DNA of 64,000 bases from Eledone cirrhosa (GCA_964016885.1 OZ024757.1:12586001-12650000), one strand, 5' to 3'. Shown: positions 1 through 13,825, numbered from the stretch's first letter. Made by a program: numbers and translations. Notes: generated from the letters alone by a model not told the origin.

Positions 1-2503
1 GACTTCAACATAATTGTTTCGTACTTTTAAAGTGATGGATTTGCCGCCATCTTCAGTTGCTCGTCGACGATAGAGTGGATATCCGTCATTGCCAGTGATA
101 GTCTCGGCAACTAAGTCTCTTGGGTATTGTTTCGTGCATTTCCCATCAGACATGCATGGTGAATTGTTGTTGAGTAAGCCACATGGACCATGAATCATGT
201 TTTTAGTGACGACTTCAAATAAGTCTGGATCAACGTCGACATCTGGTATTTCTGCTGAGATGATTTGATCAATTTGATCTGGTGTGACTTCTTCAATTAA
301 CCAAATCAAAATGTGTGCATGTGGCAATCCTCTTTTTTGCCATTCAATGGAAAACATCCAACAGCGTGTCTCTCCAAAAACATGATGCGTTAAAGATTTC
401 AATTTTTGTTTGAACACACGCGCTGTAATATCATGACGATCCGAAGACGATTGACCAGGTAACAAAAGTTCTTTAATTTCATCCCACGTAGGATTGCATG
501 TGAATGTAATAAAAAAAATCTAGACGGCCATATGCGCGAACATATGTCATTACATCTTGTGTGTATTCATGCATGTGCCGTGGGCTCCCTGTAAATGTAG
601 CCGGCAGTATAACCATTTTCCCCAATTCATTAGGATTCATATTGCCATCATTAACAATGGCATCACGTAAATGAATGTACTCTTCTGAACGTAGCTTGGT
701 TTGATTCAATCGAATATAGAGAAGTCGTTCGGTTTCGATTTTTGCATACATATCGACAATGTATTGATGGAACAATTGTCGACATTTCAAAATATGATTT
801 TCACCGTTTTCACGAATCATTAATCTATATGAATAATAATTCATGGCACTGACTTTCTTATTCGTTTCCTCATCTGTTTGTGGATTTCTCAGTTTGATGT
901 TGAAATGATATCCATCTTCTCCTTGCCAAAATAAAATCGGATATTGCAAACCATCGTATGACCGATGCGTTTCTGAGACTCGCTGAACATCACCATTTCT
1001 GCGGTGAAGAATTATATCGCGCGAGTTAAATTCTTCACCTTCAATAACGATCGCCACTTCATCAATTGTTGGTGCATTGTACTGTCTTTGATGTTGGCCA
1101 ACAGGTGTTTTGTCTGCTCTAACTACAATTGTGTAGTCATCACTTGGCATTTGTTCAAGGGAAGCTCTAAACAATCGAATTAATTTGTTGTGTTGATTGA
1201 ATAAAGTTTGTAATGCAGTAACAATTTCTCGTTTAGTTCCCCTATTGAATTTGCAACGTTGATCTATTTGGTCATCAGTGTTTCCCATGAAATAAATTTG
1301 AAGAAATTTGTGATCTGCGTCCGGCAGTGGTAGTAGTGATCCAGCACGATGATAAATTTGCCCTTGTACTTTGAATGTTGGCATGTAATTCTCGCGCACG
1401 ATATTTGTTGCACCGAACGATGTCATTTGGAAACATGAATTGTACTTGCGTATGTTTGCCAAGAAATGTTTAGATTCGATGGTGTCACCTGATACTAACG
1501 TTGATAATGGTTCAGGTGGTGGATGTAATTCTGGCAATTTCACTTTTCCACCCGAGCAGCACATTCCTGGTGTTTCATTTTTAAATTTGAGGGCACCGCA
1601 ATACCCGCATAATTTATCCATTTTTCCAATAATCACACTTGGATGAAGACTGTAATCATAATTTGAATCGTAATGAAATGCACCAAGATTTAAATCAGCG
1701 TGCAGTATTCTTCTGGTGAGAGCATTGCGTAGTCGATTCATTTCCACTCTTGCTTTCCGTTGCTCGTCTGTTTCAGATGAACGGGCTTGAGCAGTTCTTA
1801 CTCAAACGGTTTGCAATCTTGCTTCCCGTTGCTCGTCTGTTTCAGATGAACGGGCTTGAGCAGTTCTTACTCGAACGGTTTGCCATCTTGCTTCCCGTTG
1901 CTCGTCTGTTTCAGATGAACGGGCTTGAGCATTGCGTAGTCGATTCGTTTCCAATCTTGCTTCCCGTTGCTCGTCTGTTTCAGATGAACGGGCTTCAGCA
2001 TTGCTTAGTCGATTCGTTTCCAATCTTGCTTTCCGTTGCTCGTCTCTTTCTGAAGCTCGTAATGCATATTTTTTCCTTGCTTGAGGTGTAGATTGACCAA
2101 TCGCTCGTCGTTTGGGAGGCATAATTGAATAGACAATGGGTTGATTTCTGAAAACATGCAAACCTACCTCCTTCAGTCCTCTATCATCAGTGTAGAATGA
2201 GAAAACAGTAAAACAATTGTGGAAAAGGATGGTATGGTGGTTACAGTAGAGAAAGATAATTAGGTCAGACCAATGGACAGCAAATGTAAAAGATAATTAG
2301 GTCAGACCAATGGACAGCAAATTTAAGTACAATAGATTAATATGAAGAACATGTTATTTGTTTAACTTTTCATTGTTTTTCAATGTCATATATATATATA
2401 TATATATATATATACACGTAGTAAATAAAGAGTTATTCCCCTTCCTTCCTGGACATACATACAAACAAACAAACAAACATACATTCATTTTTATATATAT
2501 AGA
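1..2503 (-). mobile_element. Helitron, 5' part (Rep-Hel ORF with frameshifts), continuing beyond the left edge
   Basis: ORF 479-1747 has Helitron N-terminal/Rep motifs (CGYCGA..CCSGGKVKLP, FQMTSFG, YNAPT..EVA, YDGLQYP, LPATFTGSPRHM). After a frameshift near 510 it continues ITFTCNPTW...EWQKRGLPHAHILIWL (HUH motif). Minus-strand 5' terminus A|TCTATATATATAAAAATGAATG at 2503, followed by a (GTTT)n tract. Confidence 0.93.
1750..2050 (-). repeat. 69-bp (23-aa) coding tandem repeat at the Helitron N-terminus, STPR-like
   Basis: About 4.5 copies of ARSSETDEQREARLETNRLRNAQ; the E-T-x-E-Q-R-x-A-R-L core and 23-aa period resemble STPR repeats. Confidence 0.65.
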
Positions 2504-2637
2504 TATATAGATAAATAACATTACAGATATGTTTTATATATAAATAACATTACAAATATGTTGTATATATATATATAAATAACATTACAGATATGTTTAT
2601 ATATATATATAAATAACAGTACAGAAATGTTATATAT

Positions 2638-3589
2638 CATCATCATCATCATCATCTTCGTTTAACGTCCATTTTCCACGCTAGCATGGGTTAGACGGGA
2701 GTTGTCCCACTTGAGGCAAGGTTGGTCGGGTGACCGTGTCTCGCTCATATAGGACTATCTGGCAGATTTCTACGGCTGGATGCCCTTCCTAACACCAACC
2801 ACATTTACAGTGTTGAACTGGGAACTTTTTACCGTGTTACCTACACGGCCACATTACAGCGTGGACTGTGTGTTTTGTCGTGACACCTACACGATCTCGA
2901 TCTCGATCTCATTATCTCATTTATTTGGACTGGATGTTGTGGTACCAACTTTATAGAGAGAGGGTGGTGTTGGTGGGAGTGGGAGGATAGGGTAGGGGTA
3001 GTGGATTGGGGTGTATATTTGGTTAAGAGGAGGCTACTGACTGTAGGTTTCCCTTTGTACATAGGCAAGGCAGGTTTTCTGTATTACTGGGTAGCGCCAA
3101 AGATCTTGGTCCAGTGACATTGTCTTAGAGAGGTGTAAGTGTGTAAGGTCGGAATTTATCAAATCGTCCCAGGTTTTTCTGGGTCTACCTACTCTGTAAC
3201 TACCATCAATTTTGATCGCCCTGCACTTTTTTATACAGCTGTCATCTCTCATGCGCATCACGTGGCCATACCAATGTAAGTCTTCTTTCAGGTAAACAGC
3301 ATCTGATCCCTCTTATTCCTAATTTCTCACTTAGTTCATTTATGCTTTGCCGTTCACGTATATTACTATTACACATCCAACGGAGCATGCATGCTACGTT
3401 CCTTTCCAGTCTACGCAGGTCCTCTGCACGTAATGCCCATGCCTCACTGCCATGTAACATTGCTGTTCGTATACAGGCATCATACAATCTGCCTTTCATT
3501 TTTAGAGAGAACCCTTTTGTGGCCAACAGTGGTATAAGCTCTCTGAACTTTTCCCATCCCGTTCTGACTCTGGCTACTGTACTTTCAGA
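2638..3589 (-). mobile_element. 5'-truncated RTE-clade LINE
   Basis: RVRTGWEKFRELIPLL..KGRLYDACIRTAMLHGSEAW..GRPRKTWDD; 3' UTR ends in a (GAT)n tail. Confidence 0.9.
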
Positions 3590-3689
3590 GGAAGCCATGT
3601 CGGGAAGCCATGTCGGGAAGCCATGTCGGGAAGCCATGTCGTACATCTCGCTGAATGTCCCTGAGAACTACGTATATACTAGTGACTAT

Positions 3690-3935
3690 CAGACATAGTG
3701 TATCTAGGACTACATTATCTAATGTACTGTACAGAAGTTAGTATTAGTGGCTATAAGACATATTGTATCTAGGACTACATTATCTAATGTACAGTACAGT
3801 AGTTAGTATTAGTGGCTATAAGACAGTTTATCTAGGACTACATTATCTAATGTACAGTATAGTGTCTATCAGGTATAGTGTACCTAGGACTACATTATCT
3901 AATGTACAGTATAGCAGTTAGTATTTGTGGCTATC
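3690..3935. repeat. 52-bp-type minisatellite, about 4 copies; expanded to about 18 copies in the right arm
   Basis: Unit contains CTAGGACTACATTATCTAATGTACAGTA; reverse complement of the array at 62405-63400. Confidence 0.85.
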
Positions 3936-4559
3936 ATTATTATAGACTTCAAGTAAATCTTTGTCAACTGACCTCCTTCAGATATAATCAATGTGTTGTG
4001 TTGTTAGGTTTTACTAAACAACCAAAGAAATAATCTCTTTGTTATCAAATTAGAAGTTTCAAAGATGTTATCAGCTTTATTTCACGACATTAACGTTGGT
4101 GTATCTTCTTCATCTTTACTCATAAATTGATATCTTGTCAGAATGAAGTAGTGAGGCTGACTTTATGTCTTTAGCTACAGATTTGATAGGAAATATATAT
4201 ATATATTAGGTTGATATGTGGTCTAAAATATATATATTGTCTATAAATGACTGATAGCAGATGTTCTGGTGAAATAGTAGTTTTACTACTACAGATTGTA
4301 ATGGAACTCTTAGTAGACACAATTGTAAAGTAAGAATAGATATGACAGTGTAAGACTGATGTCGGGGAATTAAAATTGTGTGTATATATATAATTGTTAC
4401 ACAAGATATAATTAGATTAATTAAAGTTATAATGAAGACAGCAGGTACTCGGTGTCAATGACAATGTTTCACCCCTCTTACCGGTGTCATACGTTCTTAT
4501 ATTTGGACGCTTTTACTATATCGTGCCTGCTTTTACTGCAAGTGCAAGAAGGAGAACAA

Positions 4560-5105
4560 AAAGTGCTCAGTCCACACTGTAAAGTAGTCATGTTGGTGCC
4601 ACAACAAATAGTGCCCAGACCACACTGTAAAGTAGTCATTTTGGTGCCACAATAAATAGTGCCCAGTCCACACTGTAGAGTAGTCATTTTGGTGCCACAA
4701 CAAATAGTGCCCAGTCCACACTGTAATATAGTCATTTTGGTGCCACAATAAATAGTGCCCAGTCCACACTGTAAAGTAGTCATGTTGGTGCCACAACAAA
4801 TAGTGCCCAGTCCACACTGTAAAGTTGTCATTTTGGTGACATGATAGTGTCCAGTCCACACTGTAAAGTAGTCATGTTGGTGCCACAACAAATAGTGCCC
4901 AGTCCACACTGTAAAGTAGTCATTTTGGTGCCACAATAAATAGTGCCCAGTCCACACTGTAAAGTAGTCATTTTGGTGACATGATAGTGTCCAGTCCACA
5001 CTGTAAAGTAGTCATTTTGGTGCCACAACAAATAGTGCCCAGTCCACACTATAAAGTAGTCATTTTGGTGATACTGCAGAAAGCACCCAGTACACACTGC
5101 AAAGT
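4560..5105. repeat. 48-bp minisatellite derived from the RTE/SINE 3' region
   Basis: About 11 copies of CCCAGTCCACACTGTAAAGTAGTCATTTTGGTGCCACAATAAATAGTG, running into an RTE-type 3' tail at 5110-5245; counterpart at 61530-61770. Confidence 0.9.
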
Positions 5106-5349
5106 AGTTGGCGTTATGAATGGCATCCTGCCATGGAAACCAAGACACGGTCATCTCATCTGAATTGTCTCACAATAGGACAACTCATCTAACCCATGCT
5201 AGCATGGAAAAATGGACGCTAAACAGTGATGATGATGATAATGATGATTATTAAAGTCTACGCTGCTGAGACCACAAATCAAGGGAGTAGTCTATTGATG
5301 TGAAGAAGTAGAGTGGGTATAGAGGAAGGTAAAAACATACCTGAGACAT

Positions 5350-5830
5350 GAATGTGTAACCTAGTAGTTAGTGACTTTATAGTTATGTCTAGAGGAACTC
5401 AGAGACAGAGGGCAACCTGGAGAAGAAGAATATGGAAGATAAAGGAGCCCTCAGCCAGTAACAAATTTAGAGATATTTTGTTTGACACTTTTCACAGTAA
5501 AGAAGAAGATATAGAGACTCAGAAGATAGAGGAGGTGTTGGTGTTATATATATGTATGCTGTGATGGATGAGCAGCATTAGGAAACTGAGGGAATAAGTT
5601 GGTATAAGAGAAAGTAGATTTAGTGTGCAACAGAGAAGACTACGTTGGTATGGACATGTGATGTGTATGAAAGATAGCAGCTGCATAAAGAAATGGAGAA
5701 AAACTGATGTGGTTAGGACCATTGGAAGAGGCAGACCCAGGAAGACGTGGGATGAGTGTGTGAAGACCTTAAAAGATCTCACAACAGAAATGACAAAGGA
5801 CCACAAGGGCTGGCACTATGTTATGATAGT
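5350..5830 (+). mobile_element. Degenerate, internally deleted RTE LINE fragment (counterpart 60800-61280)
   Basis: LVVSDF..WRRRIWKIKEP and RRLRWYGHVMCMKDSSCIKK..GRGRPRKTWDE. Confidence 0.8.
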
Positions 5831-6705
5831 GAAGACCTGGTCAACAGCATACAGTGTGGCCTCACCTATCCCCTTATCTCCCCTCCCCCTAGTACTCCCT
5901 AACAGGTATTTCTCACTACACCACCCCACTCCTTATCTGCTGCCCCCTTCAAAACCTCTAGAATCCCTCACAGTTCACAATCTAGTAGACACACCCCTCA
6001 CTGTTATGTACTCCATCCATTCCCCCCTCCACTAGTACTCCCTAGCAGCTCTCCTCATCTCCACTAAATACCCCCACTCCATCCATGCCTCCTCCACTAT
6101 TACTCCCTATCAGCTCTCCTCATCTCCACTAAATACCCCCACTCCATCCATGCCACCTCCCTCTAGTATTTATCCCTTAGCTTCAGTCTCCCCAACTATA
6201 AACCCTTAGAACCCTTCACTATCACACCTTAGTAGCTACCATGCGCCCTTCTCTATCACTCTGCTATTCTCTCCATCACTACACCTCCCCATTTCTGACA
6301 TTGGTGAGTGCCACCCCCACCACTTTGGTGTTCTCATCTTCATGGAAAAAGACAGGAGACAGGTGAAGAGGACCCTTCAGTGGTGTCAAAGACAGGACAA
6401 TGTTCCTAGTGTTGGTGATCTACAAGATAAACACACCCACTACATGCTATAAAGTTGGTGCTAGGAAGGGTATCCAGCCATAGAAAGCTTGCCATGCAAA
6501 GGGAGGACCCTTCACTTGTGTTAAAGACATGAAAACCTCTCCTGTGCACTTGATAGTATGTGAGATCATACATAAGAGAGATAACAGACTCCTAACCATC
6601 CTGGAAGGTCAGCAGCCGTGCATCAGTACTGACTTAGTCTATTATACTCAACTATCGATTACTAGCAAGGTAAGCAGATATTAAAACGATGATGATGATG
6701 ATGAT

Positions 6706-9310
6706 CATCATCATCATCGTTTTACGTCCGTTCTTCCACGCTAGCATGGGTTAGACGGGTTGTCCTGTTGTGGGCAGTGTCTGGTCGGCTGACCATGCCT
6801 TGCTCATATAGGAACTGATTTGGCTTGATTTCTACAGCTGGATGCCCTTCCTAACAGCAACCTCATTTACAGTGAGTGCTAGGTGCTTTTTCGTGGCACC
6901 TACACGTCCACTTTACAGTGTGGGCTGGTTGCTTTTTTGCCGTGGCACCTGCACGACCACCTTGCGGTGGGGGGGGGGCATTTTGTCTATATGCTTCAGC
7001 TTGTACCCATGGGAGGTCGGGTACTCTGTATTACTGCGTGACGCCAGAAGTCACGGTCGTGTGTCATTGCCTTTGAGAGGTGTAATTGGGTAAGGTCGGC
7101 TTTTATCACCTCATCCCAGGTCATCTTGGGTCTCCCTACTCCGCAGTTTCCATCGACTTCTAGTGCTCTGCACCTTTTTATGCAGCTGTCATCCTTCATA
7201 CGCATCACATGTCCATACCAGCGCAACCGCCTCTCCTGCACACAGCATTTGATTCCTCTTATGCTCAGTCTCTCTCTCAATTCATTTATGCTTTGTCGTT
7301 CACGTATATTACTGTTACACATCCATCGGAGCATGCAGGCTTCGTTTCTCTCTAATCTACGTAGGTCTTCCACCTTCAGCGCCCAGGTCTCACTACCATG
7401 CAACATTGCTGTTTGGATACACGCATCATACAGTCTGCCTTTTGCAGCTAGCAGTGGTAGTAGTTCCCTAAACTTCTTCCATCCCGTTCTTACCCTAATT
7501 ATTGTACTTTCTGAACACCCACCTCCACTGCTAATTCGGTCACCTAGGTAGCAGAAGCTGTCTACTGTTTCTACAGAGCCCTCCCAGAGATTGGTGGTAC
7601 TTGTTTCCTGTGGCTGTTTGCTGCTTGCTGTCCCAGCACAGCTGCTGCATGTGAAGCCTACATTCTTAATTAAGCTTCCTGAGAGCCCGCTACATCTCTT
7701 GTGTACCCATTGTTTGCATTTGGGGCAGAGAATGGAGTTCCTACCTACACCTTTCCTACATACTGAGCAAGGCCATTTCCCTGAGGGGATCTGGGTTCCG
7801 TTTTCTCGTCTACTTACAAGGACCTTAGTCTTTGTCATGTTGACTTTGAGACCCTTTTTTTCTAGTCCCTGCTTCCAAGTTTGGAATTTATTCTCTAGTT
7901 CTACCATAGATTCAGCTATGAGTGCGAGGTCATCAGCATACAGGAGTTCCCATGGGCATCCGGTCTTAAACTCCTCCGTTATTGCCTGCAGGACTATGAT
8001 GAACAGGAGGGGGCTAAGAACAGAGCCCTGGTGGACCCCAACCTGTACGCTAAATTCCTCGCTATACTCATTGTTAATCCTAACTTTGCTGACTGCTCCC
8101 CTATACATGGCTTGTACCGCTTTCACAAGCCATTCATCTACTCCTAGTTTTCTAAGAGCCCACCAGATTACAGCACGTGGAACTCTGTCAAAGGCTTTCT
8201 CAAGGTCGACAAATGCCAAGTAGAGTGGCTTACTTTTAGCTAGGTACTTTTCCTGTAACTGACTCACAAGGAAGAGGGCATCAGTGGTGCCTCTTCCTGG
8301 TACAAACCCAAATTGCATCTCGTCTATTTTCACCCGGTGCCTAATCAGCTGTGCTATAACTCTTTCTGTTACTTTCATGACCTGGTCCATCAACTTCATA
8401 CCTCTATAGTTTCCTCTATCTAATGCATCACCTTTACCTTTGTAGCAGTTGACAATGATGCTACTGCACCAATCTTTTGGTATGACACCTTCTAGTATTA
8501 CCTGGTTAACAATACATGTGGTTATAGTGTGACCTGCAGACCCAGATGCCTTCAGCATCTCGGCAGCTATACCCTATGGACCGGTTGCCTTCCCCATCTT
8601 CATATCTTTGATTGCCTTACTTACTACGTTGCTGCTGACTTGTACTGCTGGCCCCTCTATAGGATCTACTTGGGGTAGGGTCTCTTCTTCCCATGCATTC
8701 TCCTCATTTAGTAATCTATCATAATGACTCTTCCATGCATTTTTCTTCTCAGCACTTGTGAGGGAAAGCTCACCTTTATCATTCCGGATACACTTTTCTC
8801 CAATGATATCACAACTATCTCTGACACACTGCCTCGCAATCTTGAATACCTCCTGTTTCTGGTCCTCACGTTGCAAAACATGCTTAAATTTTCTATCCTC
8901 TGCTTCCCTCCTAGCTAAGTATACTTGTCGCCTAGCTTCCCTCTTGGTCTCTATGTAATGTACCCTGCTCCCCCGTTCTTCCATTCTTTCCATTCCTGTC
9001 TCTTGGCCTTAACTTCTTCATCTACCTTATTGTTCCACCACCAAGTCACTCTCCTCCTGCTTGAGGTCTTACTCCAGCCACAGACCTCATCCGTCGCCTC
9101 TAGTAAATTATTTTTTAGGAACTCCCAGTTCTCTTCTACATTAAATGTCTCTATCTGTTCTTCTTTACTGTCGTAGGCGTTGAGTAAAATATCTTTAAAT
9201 CTGTTACTGGTTGAGGGGACTTTCAGCTTCCACATCTTTCTTCTCCAGGTTGGCCTCTGTTTCCAGGTTCATCTAGTTCTGACCGTGAGGTCGCTGACAA
9301 CTAAGCTATG
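6706..9310 (-). mobile_element. RTE-clade LINE, 5'-truncated, long RT ORF; specific to the left arm
   Basis: ORF 6996-8558: YKGKGD..NYRG, QFGF..GRGTTDA, AFVDLEKAFD, GVHQGSVLSPLLF, YADD, embedded CxxC..CxxC..WVHxxC..CxxC finger, RLRWYGHV. Upstream ORFs are frameshifted; (GAT)n tail. Confidence 0.95.
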
Positions 9311-9641
9311 TTGTTGGTGGTGTTGGTGTACTGGGTAATTGCTGGCCTTGTGCCTAAAGTAGAAACAATTATATTTATGATTTGAAGTAATCAGATATTT
9401 TTACCTTTTTGCTGAAGTGAAGTAACTAACCAGAATTATTGGTATTTGTTTTGTTTATCATCCTCTTGCATAACAACCACTAACTTCCCTCCATGTCTAC
9501 ACACACAGCCACATGTCTAATTCTCTTAATGTAAAACGTTTAAAAGTGAGTTGGCTGCTATTTCTAGCACATCGAGTAACAAGGTAAGAGACTGCTTCGT
9601 TGATATGTAATAATTATTTTATTGGGTGATGTTTGTTTTAA

Positions 9642-9812
<171 letters not shown>

Positions 9813-11371
9813 TGACATCTGTATAAAAAGGTACAGGGAACTCGAGGCAGTAGGGTGCCTCGAAAGAGGAAGACCTAGGCAGCAGTAGGATGTAATGAGA
9901 AAAGGCAAATCTGGCTCAGCTGAACCTCTCAATGGAGATGACACAGGACTGAGATCTCTGGTACTACAACATACAACAAAGGACCAGAGTGAACCTCACG
10001 AGGTGCAAGGCATGGTGCGGCCAATTGGCCTGACATCCCTCATAATGGCTCACTCCCAAATTACGGTTCCCCTGTGAACAGAGTACAGCGAGGCCAGCTG
10101 GCCAGACATTCCCCATAACAGTGCCACCCAGTTCCACACTGTAAAAGTGGTTGGTACTAGGAAGGGCATCCAACAACTGTAAAGACACAGCCACTACATA
10201 GTCAAAGCATGAGAGAACTGAGAGAGAAACTAGGCATAAGAGGGATCAGATGTAGTGTGCAGGAGAGGAGATTGTAGTGGTATGGGGTGTGTATGTAGGG
10301 TGACAGCTGTATAAATATATTTAGGGCTCTCAAAGTTGATGGTAGCTCTGGAAGTGGAAGACCTAGGAAAACTTGGAAGGAAGTGATAAAAGCTGACCTC
10401 ACACAAACTCTCAAAGGAGACAACACAGTATTGAAATCTCTGGATGATGCTGTACTGCAGAAGACCTGCCCCACATCCCATGTAAAATGATATGAAACAA
10501 ACATGTAGAGTACACACTAATCTGCACCAATCTTCTCCCTACACGTCACCATTCACCCAGTCCACACTGTAATTTGGTTGGCATTAGGAAGGGCATCCAG
10601 CTGTAGAAACCAAACCAAAATACAGATCCATGTGAACAAGACATGTTCACATGACCTGACATGTTTCATAACATGACACCTTGTCTAACATATCAAGTGT
10701 GAAATAACAGATGTTAAATGATGATGATTACGATGATGATATACACATACATATATATTTGTGTGTGTGTACACAGAAATAATATATACACTACTTAATT
10801 ATATAAATATTCTCAGACGCGGTGATGTGTTGTTACCTTGAGCAAGACACTTTATTTCACATTGCTCCAGTTTACTCAGCTGTAGAAATGAGATGATAGG
10901 ACTGGGTCCCTGCAAAGTGGTCGTGGAGGTGCCACGGCAAACAAAGCACCCAGCCCACACTGTAAAGTGGACGTGTAGGTGCCACGGAAAAAAAAGCACC
11001 CATCACTCACTGTAAATGAGGTTAGTGTTAGGAAGGGCATCCAGCTGTAAAAATCAAGCCAGAATCAGTTCCCGTCCCACCCTTGCAAGCAGGGAAAAGC
11101 GGATGTAAAATGATGATGATGATATATACATATATATATATTTGTATGTATATATTTGTGTGTGTGTATACAGAAATAATACATACACTACTTAATTATA
11201 TATATATACACAACATATCAAAATAAATCAAATAAATTTAACAAACGACTGAATCTACCAAAATAGAATATTTTATTTATTTAGAATTTGGTGATAAACA
11301 ATATTTTTAGTAAAAGTAATTCTTCTCTTTTTTACACTTTCTTTCTTTCCCTCCTTTTTCCACATACACAC

Positions 11372-11402
<31 letters not shown>

Positions 11403-11609
11403 TACAAATATATATACACAAGGGTATAAACTGGTATTGTAAAGTGATAGAGTTGCTGCCACAATAAAATACACCTTGTTCACTCTGTAAAGTGGTTGTC
11501 ATTGAAAACGTCATCCAGCAATGTCTGATCTCATTCCATGACAACACAACCCATCCAACTAATGCTAGAATGGAAGACAGATATAAGATGATGATGATGA
11601 TGATAGAGA

Positions 11610-11815
11610 CTAGTTTTCCTCTGAATCTAGACAACGAAGGGCCTCAAAACAGTCTTTTACTTTTAGAGCTTCTTTCAGAGTGGCTATGGTGCATTCTTCT
11701 GGTTTACAATTTTCACACCATCTGCGTAACATTTGAAAAGCCTGTTTCACAACATCATTAGGATTGTCATGCTCTATCGTGTCAAGTTCAATAGCTGGAA
11801 CTTCTAATTGAATAC
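11610..11815 (-). pseudogene. Left paralog: terminal death-domain exon
   Basis: Acceptor TTTGACAG, then GIQLEVPAIELDTIEHDNPNDVVKQAFQMLRRWCENCKPEECTIATLKEALKVKDCFEALRCLDSEEN*; homologous to 57050-57252. Confidence 0.85.
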
Positions 11816-12029
11816 CTGTCAAATATAAAACAATAAGAAACCAATACTACTACAACAAAACCATTTAGACAGGTTTGAATAACAGAACAGCTTATTCATA
11901 AAATTAAGGTGCAAAAGATACAATAAGCTCCTGGGAATTGAACTCAGAACCTTATGATCATGAGACAAACACACTAACCACTAAGTCATGAATGGAAATA
12001 AACAGACAGATTATCAAATAATTACTTAC

Positions 12030-12170
12030 TAAATTCATCCACCATACATAGTCATTCCACACTGTGTACAATGTTCAATTGTGGAACAACATTTTCCACA
12101 TGCAACTTTATGTTGACATGGATTGGATGTATTGGTGGCTTTATTAATCTGACATGGGTGACATACAGCT
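12030..12170 (-). pseudogene. Left paralog: downstream RING exon with a 2-nt deletion
   Basis: AG/GT-bounded, 141 nt versus 143 nt in the other three copies; AVCHPCQINKATNTSNPCQHKVACGKCCSTIEHCTQCGMT, then frameshift to TGA. Confidence 0.85.
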
Positions 12171-12904
12171 CTGTAAAAGAAAATAAAGATACAACCCACC
12201 AACAACATTAATTTACACCAAATATTACATTGTATACAAGTTTACAGAGATTATGTGTGAAGGTACAACAACCTCTCTAGTATTGGTGACATGATAAAAT
12301 ACAACCAGTACACTCTGTAATGTGGTTGGTAATAGGAAGGGCTTCCTGTCATACAAAACTTTCCAAACAAAGGAGAGAGAGGATTCTGTAGTGGTTTCAA
12401 AGAAATGACAACATCCCTAGTGCTGGTGCCATGATTAAATCAACAGTGCATTTCATGATGATGATGATGATGATGATTTATAATAAAAGGTGGGATTTGA
12501 ACTCAGAACGTTCAGGGCCATAACTCTATGCTGCAAAGCATGGTGTGTGACACTCTACTGATACTGCCAATCCAAAATCAATAATAATAATGAAAATTAT
12601 TGTGTACAATGCTCAGGTGCACTACAACGCATCAAAGGTGCATGTATTGTACATAGAGTAATGTAGAAATATCAGGAAAGTGAACAGTGATTGAGTCATG
12701 ATATACACACAAACATGCGTGCATGTATGGAGGTGAGGATATCAGGTGTAATGTTGGAGAATGTCAGGAAGGATGGAGGTGTTAAAATATAGGTGTTTTG
12801 AAATAATTATGAGTAAAAAATATCTACATATTTATTGTTTACTAATCTGGATTATTCAGCTAGTATATAAATATATATATATCATCATCATTATATATAT
12901 ATAT

Positions 12905-13480
12905 ATATGATGGCTAAAAGAGTTCCAAGTATTTTATTATGCACATTTCAAAAACAAATAACATCATGGGATGATATCTGCATTTTCATCAGATAAAATA
13001 GGGATACATAATATGAAGCTTAAAAAACACTTGTGAATAGTGAAGTTTTAAATCAACATATGAAAAATAATTTAAGATTGATGTATGATATTGGGAAAGA
13101 GTGGGGGGGGGGGGGATATGGTAAGGAAGAGGAGGAGATGAGAGTAAAGAATGGTGGGGGAGGAGTATAAGAAGGAAGGATGAGAGAGGAGGAGAGATGG
13201 GTGATAGAGAGAGAGAGATAGCCTTTACAACTGAGAAAAAAATATATTGTCTCACAGAGAGAAGTTAAAAAGCCGTTGGAAGATAATAGATAATTTAAAA
13301 GAATTTGAAATTAAAAGTTGATGAGGTTTATGCATGAAGAGAAAAAGGGATTAAGAATAATATTAAATTAAGGTTTGTATATTGAAGGGTTTAATAATAT
13401 GTGCGAGGAAAAGAAATTAATATGTATTATCCGATATTTGCATTGCTTTATTGTGCTACAATAAAACTCACCTCCTACTT
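12905..13480 (-). mobile_element. Penelope-like pseudo-LTR fragment with hammerhead-like motif (12932-12998)
   Basis: Homologous to 21860-22270 and 24697-24750. Minus strand reads TTTTAT-CTGATGA-stem-GAAA-TGTGCA-TA-ATAAAA. Confidence 0.7.
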
Positions 13481-13687
13481 ATATATATATATAGGAAGAG
13501 AGTCAGGACCCCGACGGTTGAGCTCCGGCCATTTTGACATCTAGATCTGAACGTTTGTATCTAGCTGTTGAAATGGCTGGTGCTCAGCCGTCGGGGTCCT
13601 GACTCTTTTCCTATTACCCACTCTACTACCCTAAGTATCGAGTTCTCTGGTGCGTTATGGTCCACCTGGTTCCTTTCCACACTTTCT

Positions 13688-13825
13688 TTGCATGGATTAA
13701 TAAAATACACCCAATACACTCTGTAAAGTGATAGTGTTAATGTCATTATATATATATATAGATATCACGACATTAACACTATCACTTTACAGAGTGTATT
13801 GGGTGTATTTTATTAATCCATGCAA
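13688..13825. repeat. Perfect inverted repeat, about 57-bp arms and 24-nt TA-rich loop
   Basis: TTGCATGGATTAATAAAATACACCCAATACACTCTGTAAAGTGATAGTGTTAATGTC at 13688-13744 and its reverse complement at 13769-13825. Confidence 0.9.

Noticed and set aside
7126-8223. Long plus-strand ORFs (141 aa, 210 aa) and similar ORFs opposite other RTE copies
   Set aside because: Antisense shadows of RTE reverse transcriptase coding sequence.
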